64,000 bases of DNA. Origin: Tubiluchus corallicola (lineage: Eukaryota; Animalia; Priapulida). Shown piece by piece: positions 52,135 through 62,375 of this stretch (the stretch's first letter is position 1; each line of letters starts with the position of its first letter). The stretch is from the NCBI GenBank assembly GCA_030141605.1, contig JAQGDQ010002377.1, forward strand, positions 124,001-188,000, written 5' to 3'. The position numbers and the translations under genes were made by a program. The notes under the pieces were generated by a model. That model made no database searches. It saw only the letters and a program-made list of their open reading frames with translations, and was not told the DNA's origin.

Positions 52135-52485
52135 TATTACGTAGCACAATGCTTGAACTGGTTTTCAATGTATATTGAAAATGCCATCCTGAAGACCATC
52201 GACTTAAAGCCAGTTATAAAGCAATTCTCTGCAAGCAAATTTTTCACAAATGTTTGTGCTGAACACTTGATTAATAATAAATAATTCATAGTAATTTCAT
52301 ACTGTGCCATCACTACCAATTGTGTACTTACCATTTATATGTTCAAATTTTTGTGTTGTTTAATCCTTGCTGTGCACCATGTTTTTCAATGTTTAAACAC
52401 TGATTTTGTTGGAAGTACCAATACAATAAATATAATCGATGTTTATCGAACATAGGGCCCTGTGCCTTGCTTTGCTTGGAGACCT
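52135..52485 (+). mobile_element. Fragment of the same hAT family (dimerisation-domain relic plus right subterminal region)
   Basis: CATCCTGAAGACCAT and TTGATTAATAATAAATAATT shared with 11257-11330; LNWFSMYIENAILKTIDLKPVIKQF. Confidence 0.8.
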
Positions 52486-52599
52486 ATTCCTAATAAGCTG
52501 ATCAGAAATTGTTCAATAATCACAACCCATAATCACTGTTCGTTCACCGATCGGTTCAGCCCAACACTAATACTGATTGATTAATGATGAAATAAAATT

Positions 52600-52945
52600 C
52601 ACTACCTCATAGTTGGAAGTTAGCCAACGTAACACTTATTTTTAAGAAAGGCCTGTGTAGTGATCCTGGTAATTATTGGCCTATTTCTTTAACTTCATTA
52701 GTATGTAAAGTCATGAGATCTATTTTGCGGAGTTATATCATTGTTCATTTTGAAAAGAATATTATTTGACTCCTAACATGGATTCACTAAAGGCCATTCT
52801 TGCTTGACCAATCCAATAAGTTTTTTCGGTGATATCACTTCTATGCTTGATCAAGGAAGTCCTGTTGATGTCGTTTATTTTGATTTTGCCATGGCTTTGC
52901 TCATCGAAGACTGCTTAGAAAGATTAAAGCCCATAGTGTTTCTGG
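52600..52945 (+). mobile_element. CR1-clade LINE reverse transcriptase relic
   Basis: WKLANVTLIFKKG...DPGNYWPISLTSLVCKVM, HGFTKGHSCLTN, VDVVYFDF; stops and frameshifts. Confidence 0.88.
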
Positions 52946-53194
52946 AGTTACGGGTTTCTGAGTGTACTCGCTTAACCCCTAATCACGACAGTATAACAGC
53001 AGTGTATTAATTGGTTCTGAGTAAACTGGAAAAATGATTTTCTATAGATGCACCATATCAAATAGTGCTTTTGTAGGACATAAAAATTTTTAGTTCCAAT
53101 GTACTTTGGAGCAGTAAATTTAGAACAAGAGATTTCGATAAAAGATATGTAATAGTTCTCTATTTTTGAAAACTTGAAACATGAACAGAACAGA

Positions 53195-53365
53195 CAACGG
53201 CGGTCGCCGTACAGCAGCAGAAAACTATGACCAAAGTGCGCACTGTGCTGGCGCATGCAGTAGGCGATCACGTGGTATTATGCTAATTACTTTTCGCTCG
53301 GGTGTTTCCGGGTCGGCAAACTTCGTTGTTTGTCGTAAGTTTTCACAGCGGCCGCCATTTTCACG
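53195..53365 (+). promoter_or_regulatory. CpG-enriched promoter / first non-coding exon region of the CBP/p300 gene
   Basis: Local CpG enrichment; GCGCATGC (NRF1-like, 53251), CACGTG E-box (53269), TTCCGG ETS-like (about 53306), donor GTAAGT (53335), YY1 consensus GCCGCCATTTT (53351-53361). Confidence 0.65.
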
Positions 53366-53763
53366 TAGATTTTGGGCACCGGAGTTCGTAGATTTTATAT
53401 TCGCTTTAGCTGCCTTAATTTGTGTTATGTATAAATTATTCTTTTCGAAAATATGCACGAGAGTACCAGCAGTAAATATGTGCAAAAAACATTTTCGCTG
53501 GGCGTTCACATGTTCATATTACTAATGACTTTTGTACAGTGTTAATATGCGCATTGAGTAGTCGTTTTGGACGCTTGTTTACCTGTTAAAACTGTGATGC
53601 CCTGAACAGCCAACGAGATTTTATTATGAATTTTTACGTTTCTTTTATTTATTTGTTACTTTGCGAGTAGCTGATAATTTGGTGCAATTATTTTGAGTTG
53701 TGTAGTCACCGTTTCGTACTGCTTTGGTGAAAAACTTTCAAGCAGTTCGTTGTCAACATTACC

Positions 53764-53860
53764 ATGGCTGAACGACATCAGGTTCACGAACTTGGCCAAG
53801 AAGATTTGCCTGCCAAAAGACAGAAACTGTCATCTCCAACACTTTCTTTATCTAATCATG
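53764..53860 (+). CDS. CREBBP: CBP/p300 coding exon 1
   Basis: [32 protein letters not shown], then gtaatt; Kozak ACCATGG. Confidence 0.85.
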
Positions 53861-56800
53861 GTAATTTAAAAAATATTTTCTATTTTTTTCCACTCTGATT
53901 TGACTAGAGTGTAGTAATTCAATTTATAATGTATATTGTACTAGAGTAGAGTTTCCCCTGGAATGAGCTACATTTAAACAGGTCTGTAAAATTCACTGTA
54001 AAAACCATGCTACAATTTCACGCAATTTTAAACTTGACGATTTAAGCCTAACTGAGTAAATTTTTAGAATCACGCATGTGTAACATAGAAAACTGATTTC
54101 TATTCTTATTTTTTCGTGAATCGAATTGAAACCAATAACTGTGCAGGCTTCCAAACAAAATCTAGCTAACAACTAGAAAATTTAAATGTAAATTACAAAT
54201 ATAATAAAGTTATGTTATACATGTTTAATGGAATATATTGATTTTGTATATTATGTAAAATATTTTTTTCTTTATATTATATTGCACAGATATTATTAAT
54301 CGGTCACAGTCTGAGCAAAAAGTAATGTGTCAGCAGTGGGAATGTTACCAAAATGGAAATTTCGTTTCAGTTTGCTGATAGTTACCTTTTCGGTTCAGTT
54401 TCGTTTTTGTCAAAAATTATTAAGTTTTCCAGACACTTTCACTAATTTTCGGTTGCATTTTTCCGAGGTACTAGTAGTATTTATCCAGCTTACCTTTTCT
54501 TTTCTTTAGATGTCAAAAACCACCGAAAAATCTTAGGTAAAATACTTCATATAAAGAGAAATTGTCATTTATTTAACTTTTTCGAACATTTTTACATGGC
54601 AATGCTGCACATCTTCATTGCTGATGACTGTGAAGCTTTAAGATCTCCTTTCATCCCAGGCATAATCAACCATATATAAAATATAAAAATATGAACAAAA
54701 CCAAGTTTAACTTTATGATTTAGACAACTAAATACACTCACTCGGAATATTTTTAGTGCACAACCAGCCGTGAATTTTATAATCTTTTTGTATGTTCATA
54801 GGTACCTGACAATCGTATGCGTGCATTTTTTTAATTTAATATTTCGGCGAGGACGCAACCATGTTTTTTATGGCTAACTTTAGGCCGTGGTTACCATTCT
54901 GTAAAGTGCTTATTATCATATCAATTGGTAGCTAAAAATGATTGAATTTTCTGTCAAATTATCATATTAACGACCTAGTAGTGTTGTCGATTATAATTAT
55001 TAGAACATATGTTCTTACCAAGGACACGAAAAAGATAATCATCTGTCCCATATATCTCATTCATACCATACGAAAAAACTGAAACACAAACTAAAGGAAA
55101 GAAAATTTGTTTCCTCCCTCTCTAAATCCCTTTTGAATTCATGAGGTAAGACATAAACAGTTTTGTTTTGAGGCCCACCTTAATTTATTAATCTTATTTG
55201 AATACTGGTGATGTACATTACAGTACTTGGTACAAGCAATTTTTCTATTGGAAATTAGGCCAGACAGTTAAAAAATCTGTCTGTTTCATTTTTTTCAATG
55301 TGTAAAGAATTATTCTATACAACATTAATTTTGTACAGCAATTTGACAACCTTACAATGTATGAAATGTTTTCCTTTGCCCGAAAAATATGAGAAAAGCT
55401 TATCACTGATGCTTAAATTGCAAAATTAAAACAGTCTAGCAAGAAATTGTTAATGATTAACGAAGTCCCAAACAACTCCTTTAGTTAAATGCTGCCTGAG
55501 CAGCTGTGGCTAGACATGTTTAAGTGTTCAACAATGGAGCTGTGCAACTTGAGGTTGTGTGAAAGTTAATAAGCTTAACTGTTAGCCACCTAGCTGAGTT
55601 ATCTCATATTGCAGAAATGTAGAGACATTGGATTGTGGGCGGCTATGCTTGGTACCCTATCTCACAAGTGCGCGCCAGCCCAGTACTGTAACTATGAAAG
55701 TTTAACCAGATCAAAATTGGTCGATATTTATGCAAATATCTGCAGTTTGATTTATCGTGAAATAGCAAAATTTTGCTAAATATCAGGAAAATCTGTTTTC
55801 GAAAAGTTCAGTTTTCGAAAGAAATGGAAGAGTGGAATTAAAAAATAGCATTTCCATAATGAGCGCTTTTTGCAGACATTTGACATACTGTGTTTATCAA
55901 TAAGTTGCAGTTTCACTGCGAAAATGAAATACATTTTGTCACATATTACACAGTAAACAAAAAGTTCATTGATTTTAAACACGTGCATTGTTGTAAAACT
56001 AAATTCAATGGCCCTTACTGGGCACATTAGTTATGCACGGCTAATTCATTATTGCAGAATCGCTCTTATTTGTGTTTGAATTTGCTTCTCAATCGGATAT
56101 ACTTAATGATGATTTTAAAACACAATTTCATCTAAAGAAGTTTTTTCAACATTATAGGATTTGACAGGTTGACTGCCGCAAAACCAGCTCTCCAACCATC
56201 ACCTGGTTTTACCGTTCAGAACAATGTACCATAACCTGGGTCATTACCAAGACTAATCCTCTGAGAAACCATTACCCCCTGACATTGAGCTAAGATCCAG
56301 ACTCGTCACAAATACCAACGTATTGAGTAGGCCGTTTCGCTGAATGCTACATTACTTGTATAAAGTATAATCCATTTGTCCATATTGCACAAAAAATAAT
56401 ATTGTACATGTCTCTAACTTTACATTGTAGCTTTAGAATTCAAACATCATTTGTGTTGCTTATTTTTTCAGATGCCTTTGACAGTTTTTGGGAATCTGTC
56501 ATGGGAGAACATCCGCCTCCATCTAGCAACTCCACAACTCTCAGTGCACCATCGTCGCAGAGTCTAGTAAACGGCACTATAATAGACAACCCTTCTTTAG
56601 CCCGGCTCTTACCAAACAAAGCAGGACCGAAGTCCAGTAGTCCACAATGTGCCACTCGTGGCGCAACTTCCAGTCCTGGATTTCAGCGAAGCCCAATTTA
56701 CAATCACTTGGCATCTCCACCGCCAAATATTGTAAACAGTAAATCAGCAACACCTTCTAGTAGTCCGCAGGTTAACGTGACTGTGTCTGGATTTACGAGC

Positions 56801-59800
56801 AGCCCTTCGTCTGGCGTTTTCTCCAACAGTACGTACTCGAGCTCTCCGACATCACCTGGTTTTTCTGTTCAGAACAATGTAAATAGTAATAAGTCTTCGA
56901 GTGTTGCCGAAGTGCAATTGTCTAATCAACTGTTGAACGTATCTCAGACGTCTGCAAACAGAACACTAGTTTCATCGTCTGAACTGGGCCTAATGTTGCC
57001 ATCAAACAGTGCTGGCTCCTCTGCAGCCAATAAAAGTACATTGTTGCAAACAAACGTGATGCCATCTGCAGGAGGAAGCCAGCAACAGGCTTACAATAAT
57101 AAAGCATATGGTCATCCACAAGTGTGTAATGCATTGCAAGCAACAACTACAATGATGAAGGGAAGCAATTGCTTACCAGATTCGCAAGCAATGTCTCAGG
57201 TGAGACACCTGGCTGTAATATATTCCATACATTATATTTTTGTGCATAATATATATTACCATAAGAAGGTTACCCTAATATATTGGTGCATTTATTGTCG
57301 GTATTGAAGTTGCTGCTTCTGCTTACTTTATTCTTTTTTTGAATGCATTTAATAGTTTTTATCTGGGTATTTTCAGCAGTCTTCGTTAAAATTTTTTGTT
57401 TAAATTATTATTGTTAAATGTAAGCAAATCCATTTTATATTCCACAGAAAAACTGTTTTTTACATGGCTGAATAGTCTAATTATTGTCAACTAATTTATG
57501 CTTCTGTCTTTGTAAGTTTTGACTCAAAATGTCATTTGAAACAATATTAAAAATCACAAGTTTGGCATTGGTGTTCATTTGTGCATTTTTCAGTAAATTT
57601 TTTGTTTGTTTTTCAATCTGATTACCTATTAGCTTATATACTCCAAATGTATAGCATGTTTGCATAAATCTCAAGTATGTATGTCAAAAGCTTTGTTAAC
57701 ATCTATATGCTTGGGATCTATGTGTACACTGGTACATCAAGATTTGATTAAGGTAACGTGTTTGTAATTGTTTTTTGCACGTTTAGTTTTCTGTTTTTCA
57801 GTTTGCTGCAACATCTTCAACCAACTCGCCTGTACCTCGACAGCAAATGATGCCAGCTACAGGTGATGCTCAATTCAACTCTTGCAGCACGGAATTCCCT
57901 ATGGTCAGTAGTTGTCCAGCAGTAGGTGGTGCACCCCCACGAATGCCTTTGCCTGCACAAAGTTTGGCAGGTGGCACAGGCGATACAAGCTCAGCTGGTG
58001 GTGCACTTGGTGCAATGATGGCGCGTAATCAAAATGAGGTAATTTAGAAAATTTGAAATTAACCATGAAGAATTGTGTTTTAATTTGGTTTCAGTAACAG
58101 ATAACTTTTTGCATCTCCTAACAGCCGAAATGGAAAGCAGAAACTGGCTGGGTCACATATGAACTCGCTGTAAACTTCGTTCTGGGAAGAAAATCAGCAA
58201 ATTCTATAAAGTATTTCAAAATTCGTGGATTAAAGTTATTGATACTTCTTCTTATGGCTTTGTTGTTCGAAAATAAACTTCTTGGTGATTTAGAAAATAT
58301 ATGCCACCTTCGAAGAAACGCATCATAGTCTCAGAAACTTACAATCATAATGTACATAATTATTATTCAGCTGATTCACATAAATGATGTTATTTAATTT
58401 CATCCCGCATGTAGTCATTTACAGACGAAGAAATGCTCAATTGCTTAAATTTTGCCTGTCATATATTTTGAACTAGTTAGAAGCTTTAAAAAGTTAGATG
58501 CTGTCGCCTTCTCAATTAATTTGTGGCTGTTTTGGTAAAATCTTTATTGAATTTTGACAGCCCAGTCAATCTGGTTCTACTCCAGCTACAGACCCGGAAA
58601 AAAGAAAGCTCATCCAGCAACAGCTAGTGTTGCTCTTGCATGCACATAAGTGTGCGCAACGTGAACGTCGTTCAGCTACCAATGGCGAGATACGACCGTG
58701 TCAGTTGCCTCACTGTAGAACCATGAAGGATGTATTGAATCATATGACCACTTGCCAGGATGGTCGAAGGTGCTTAGGTGAGTTGCATAATGTTAATATG
58801 TTGTCTATAGTGCTTTATATGTGTTAGAAAAATCTATTACCAGATTACAGTTTTGTTTAAAGCTGTTTCACCTATTTGTTGCTTCAAGAGATGGGGAGAA
58901 TTTTACCTTATAGCAGTATCGTGTTTCTTTCATGAAATATCATGTAACATTGCCAGTTCCTTAGATACTCAGTTTTAATTATATATTTAGCTTGCTTCGG
59001 TTAGAATTACTCAGATATCTTTTTACTCGTGTTTGAGAGTGTATAATTGCTTTTGTTTTTAAGAGCCGCAGAATTGTTTCTGCAGCCAAAGCTATACAAA
59101 AAAATTCTGCCAAATTGCGGTTGTTCTAAAGTAACATAGAACTTAAGGAAATCAGAGCTCTAATTCGGATTCTGGTGAAGCTTTGTGACTTCCCATATTT
59201 GAATGCTATCTTATGACTATGCAAAACTCATTTCTGTTTTTAAATTATTAGTCCATTTTGGTGCATTTCATTATCACCATAATAAATGTTATCACCATGT
59301 TTCTTTGTGCATTCATCGTTGTTTCATCTTAGATAAAGTAGTAGACCTTTAATCTGCCGCTATTCTTTCTTCATTTGTTTATTAACACTTACAAGCACCT
59401 TTTCGTAAGTAATTTTGTACTTTCCAACTTATAATGCTTCCAGTGAATGGTTGCGATGTACATTTGTAGAGGGCTTATGAGTATTGGCAAGACTGTGTTT
59501 GACAGTTCTTAATATTACATTAATTATTATGGTATAACAATTAAGTTCTTTAGCCAATTGAAGTACAATTTGAGATTATAAAGTGATGAGTTTTGAAAAA
59601 TTCATCCCTTGTAAATGCTAGGTCATTGATTGCGGTTTTTATTTATATACAGTTCCTCATTGTGCATCGTCACGACAGATTATCACACATTGGAAGAACT
59701 GTACTCGGGCAGACTGTCCAGTGTGTTTGCCATTAAAGAATGCATCTGACAAGCGTCCAGTGTCCACGGTGGTGGCTATTACACAACAAAGCCAAATAGG

Positions 59801-61776
59801 AAGCACTGCTGCTGCTCCGCAATCCGGTACTATTGGAGTATCGATTCAGAGTGCGGAGCAGTTGTCTTCACAGCCCGTTCAAACAGCTCCTCTAGGTATG
59901 AAATTAAGCGCTACGTACTTATAACAAAATTAACAAACTGAACATTTAGTTAAACAAATATTGTAAGTTTTTTCAAGAGAAAGTGGGAGGAGTGTTTTTA
60001 CTTTTGTGCATGTCTTGTTTGTGTCTTTGTGGTGAGAACTTACTGCCGTTGTGATAATTCTCCCATTAATTTGATTTTCTAGGTATGTCAAACATAACTG
60101 GACAGCCAAATTTTGTTAATGCACTCAGCAGTCAACCAATGGCCTTACTTTCCCAGTCTGATAAACTACCAAATATGGTTGTGAGCAGCATTAGCGTATC
60201 ATCACAAAACAATCAAGCTCCAAACCAAATGATGCGACCAAAAAGGGCTCCACAGTTTTTGGGACAACATCAGCTAAGACCATGTATGTATTATATTTGC
60301 TTCATATTGTCTCTTGTAATAACTTAAATCTTGATTACGTTTGCGAAAATTTTGATTAGAATGAGCTTGTATTTAATGTTACAAACTCGTTTTTATTAAT
60401 TTGGAAATTGATTGTGCTTTGTTTGTTTACTGTACTACTGGTTTTGTTTGTTTTGTGCCTTCAGTTTATGCGTATTGAGTCGTAAACTGCTGAGTCTAAT
60501 TAATTGTTATTTATGCAATTTCAGCTGCCATCGCATCTCATCTGACAGGCAATGGTACAACGGGTCCATCACTTCGGTTCACCTCACCGCCATTACCGGG
60601 CATTGCCTATGCGAATGGACCCACGAATCCTGCTCTGCCTCCAGGCGTGGCTAATTCACCAATGGCAAATCAAAATCAGATGATAGGAGGGCTTCCCACA
60701 AGTGTCCATGCCGGATTACCACAGTCATTACAAGCTACTCTGCAGGAGCAACAGAGTTTATCACTACCGATTGTTCAGCCTGCATCTCAAAATCCTAAGC
60801 CGTGGCATAGTAATGTTGCCCCAGATCTGCGTAACCATTTAGTCCAAAAATTGTAAGTTATGTATTCTAGTTTTTACTTATTTAAGTTTTTAAATGCTTT
60901 ATTCTTTATTATTATTTTTTTGTTATCGGTTTGCGTGTGCACGTAAAAATTATGGTAAAAATCGGCTAATTTGTCAGCTTCCTTGGTAAATAACACACTG
61001 CTTCACAACTGATGTGAAATGGCCGTCATTTGCAATTTGTATACTTAATTATTAGCTGTACCAATTCACATGCGTGCAAACTTGCCATATGTTTCTTTAT
61101 AGCTTTAAGTTACTGTGCTGCGTGCTGCGAGTAAAAGAATAAAAGAATTGTACTATTTTTTATTTTTTGGGAAATTGTTAAAACTGACTCTGTTTACTTA
61201 TTTTAGTATTAACAAATTTCTTTTCCTGTCTGTCATCATCTATGATTTTAATAGTCATGACTACAGCATGACAATATTTTCAGGGTGCAAGCAATCTTCC
61301 CTACCCCTGACCCAGCTGCACTTCAGGATCGTAGGATGATTAACCTAGTCAAGTATGCGCAGAAAGTGGAATCAGATATGTTTGAAACTGCAACAAGTCG
61401 AGTGAGTTGATTTTATTAGCATAGGTTTTTTTTTACTGTAACTTACTAGGCAAAAGTAAGAGTACGTTTGTTTTGTGTTCATAATGGGTGGTATTATATT
61501 AACGAATTGCTCAGGTTACCCGATTGATTGCTAGCTTTATTACCCTAATGGTGTCGTACAAATCTCGAAATCTGGTGAATTCTTATTAATTTTGTGCCAT
61601 GATGTAACACTAATACATTTTGAATTGCTGCTTATAGGAAGCCTATTATCAACTACTGGCTGAAAAGATTTATAAAATCCAGAAAGAATTAGAAGAAAAG
61701 CGACAAAACAGGCAACGAGGTGGGCAGCCTCACCCTTCTGATCATTTGAACCCCTCACAACTAGTCGTTATGTCAA
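53764..61776 (+). CDS. CREBBP: CREB-binding protein / p300 histone acetyltransferase (3'-partial; 9 coding exons in window, about 769 codons)
   Basis: ACCATGG start; N-terminal [10 protein letters not shown]; LARLL (LxxLL); TAZ1 [21 protein letters not shown]...[16 protein letters not shown]...[15 protein letters not shown]...CPVCLPLK; KIX KPWH...[23 protein letters not shown]...[20 protein letters not shown]. Phases consistent. Probably the single invertebrate CBP/p300 ortholog. Confidence 0.93.
56472..57199 (+). CDS. CREBBP: CBP/p300 coding exon 2 (S/P-rich, LxxLL)
   Basis: Within the 301-aa ORF; tttcag|AT...CAG|gtgaga; phase 1 to 0. Confidence 0.88.
57802..58038 (+). CDS. CREBBP: CBP/p300 coding exon 3
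   Basis: [18 protein letters not shown]...QNE; canonical splice sites, phase 0-0. Confidence 0.85.
58561..58777 (+). CDS. CREBBP: CBP/p300 coding exon 4, TAZ1 N-half
   Basis: [21 protein letters not shown]...[19 protein letters not shown]. Confidence 0.95.
59653..59895 (+). CDS. CREBBP: CBP/p300 coding exon 5, TAZ1 C-half
   Basis: [34 protein letters not shown]. Confidence 0.93.
60083..60283 (+). CDS. CREBBP: CBP/p300 coding exon 6 (disordered linker, symmetric phase 1-1)
   Basis: [10 protein letters not shown]...QHQLRP; ctag|GT...CAT|gtatgt. Confidence 0.8.
60525..60852 (+). CDS. CREBBP: CBP/p300 coding exon 7, KIX start
   Basis: ...[21 protein letters not shown]. Confidence 0.92.
61284..61401 (+). 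CDS. CREBBP: CBP/p300 coding exon 8, KIX
   Basis: [39 protein letters not shown]. Confidence 0.96.
61638..61776 (+). CDS. CREBBP: CBP/p300 coding exon 9, KIX end
   Basis: [26 protein letters not shown]. Confidence 0.95.
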
Positions 61777-62070
61777 GTAAGTGCAAGTTTATGTTCTGGT
61801 CAAAGCTGGTGGGTTTTGGCTGGTTTGGTAAATAGTTTCGAATTGATTTTATCCGCTGTTAATACTCATGAACCTCGGTTACTTAAAGAATTTTAGCTTG
61901 AGCGGACTTTGCGTTTACGTGAACCTTACCATTAGTAACTAAGTTTGTAGTATTGCTGTCGAGTTCTTTTATTCATCAGGTCACAGCTACTGCTCCAACA
62001 AATTATCATTGGTAAAGCTGGTTGCTTATTTGAAAACTATTCTAAAGCATTTTAAGCTATTTTTGTAATA

Positions 62071-62375
62071 CATAGGAACCTCGACTTATGAAAACCTTAT
62101 TATACAAAAAATTCAGAATACGAATCGGGTTTCGAAGAAATTTCCGTCCCAGTTAAACGTTCAAGATACGAAAACGAAAATCGAAAGTGCTGCCCGACAG
62201 CGGTACTCCCAGAATGCATTTCGTAGCATCACGTGAACGCTTTGTTGCGCTCTTATCTCACGTGAACGCATTCTATAACCATGGGTCCGAAAAAATCAAG
62301 TGCCAGTGGCAGTGATAAGAAGAAAAGGATGATGTCGATGGAAACAAAGCTTGAAATTATAGCTAAATATGGCCA
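62071..62375 (+). mobile_element. Tigger/pogo element 5' fragment with transposase N-terminus, in a CBP intron
   Basis: TA|CATAGGAACCTCGACTTA TIR-like end; ORF MGPKKSSASGSDKKKRMMSMETKLEIIAKY resembles the CENP-B/Tigger N-terminal HTH start. Confidence 0.75.

Noticed and set aside
53181-53525. 114-aa and 94-aa ORFs, and a minus-strand ATGGCGGCC suggesting a divergent gene
   Set aside because: The frame from that ATG stops after 23 codons, the motif is simply the YY1 site, and no recognisable protein or downstream exons exist
61980-62011. Possible 32-nt CBP microexon (ttcatcag|...TTG|gtaaag)
   Set aside because: In the phase set by exon 9 it reads SHSYCSNKLSL, which is not CBP-like; it lies among transposon remnants; the next exon is outside the window, so it cannot be tested
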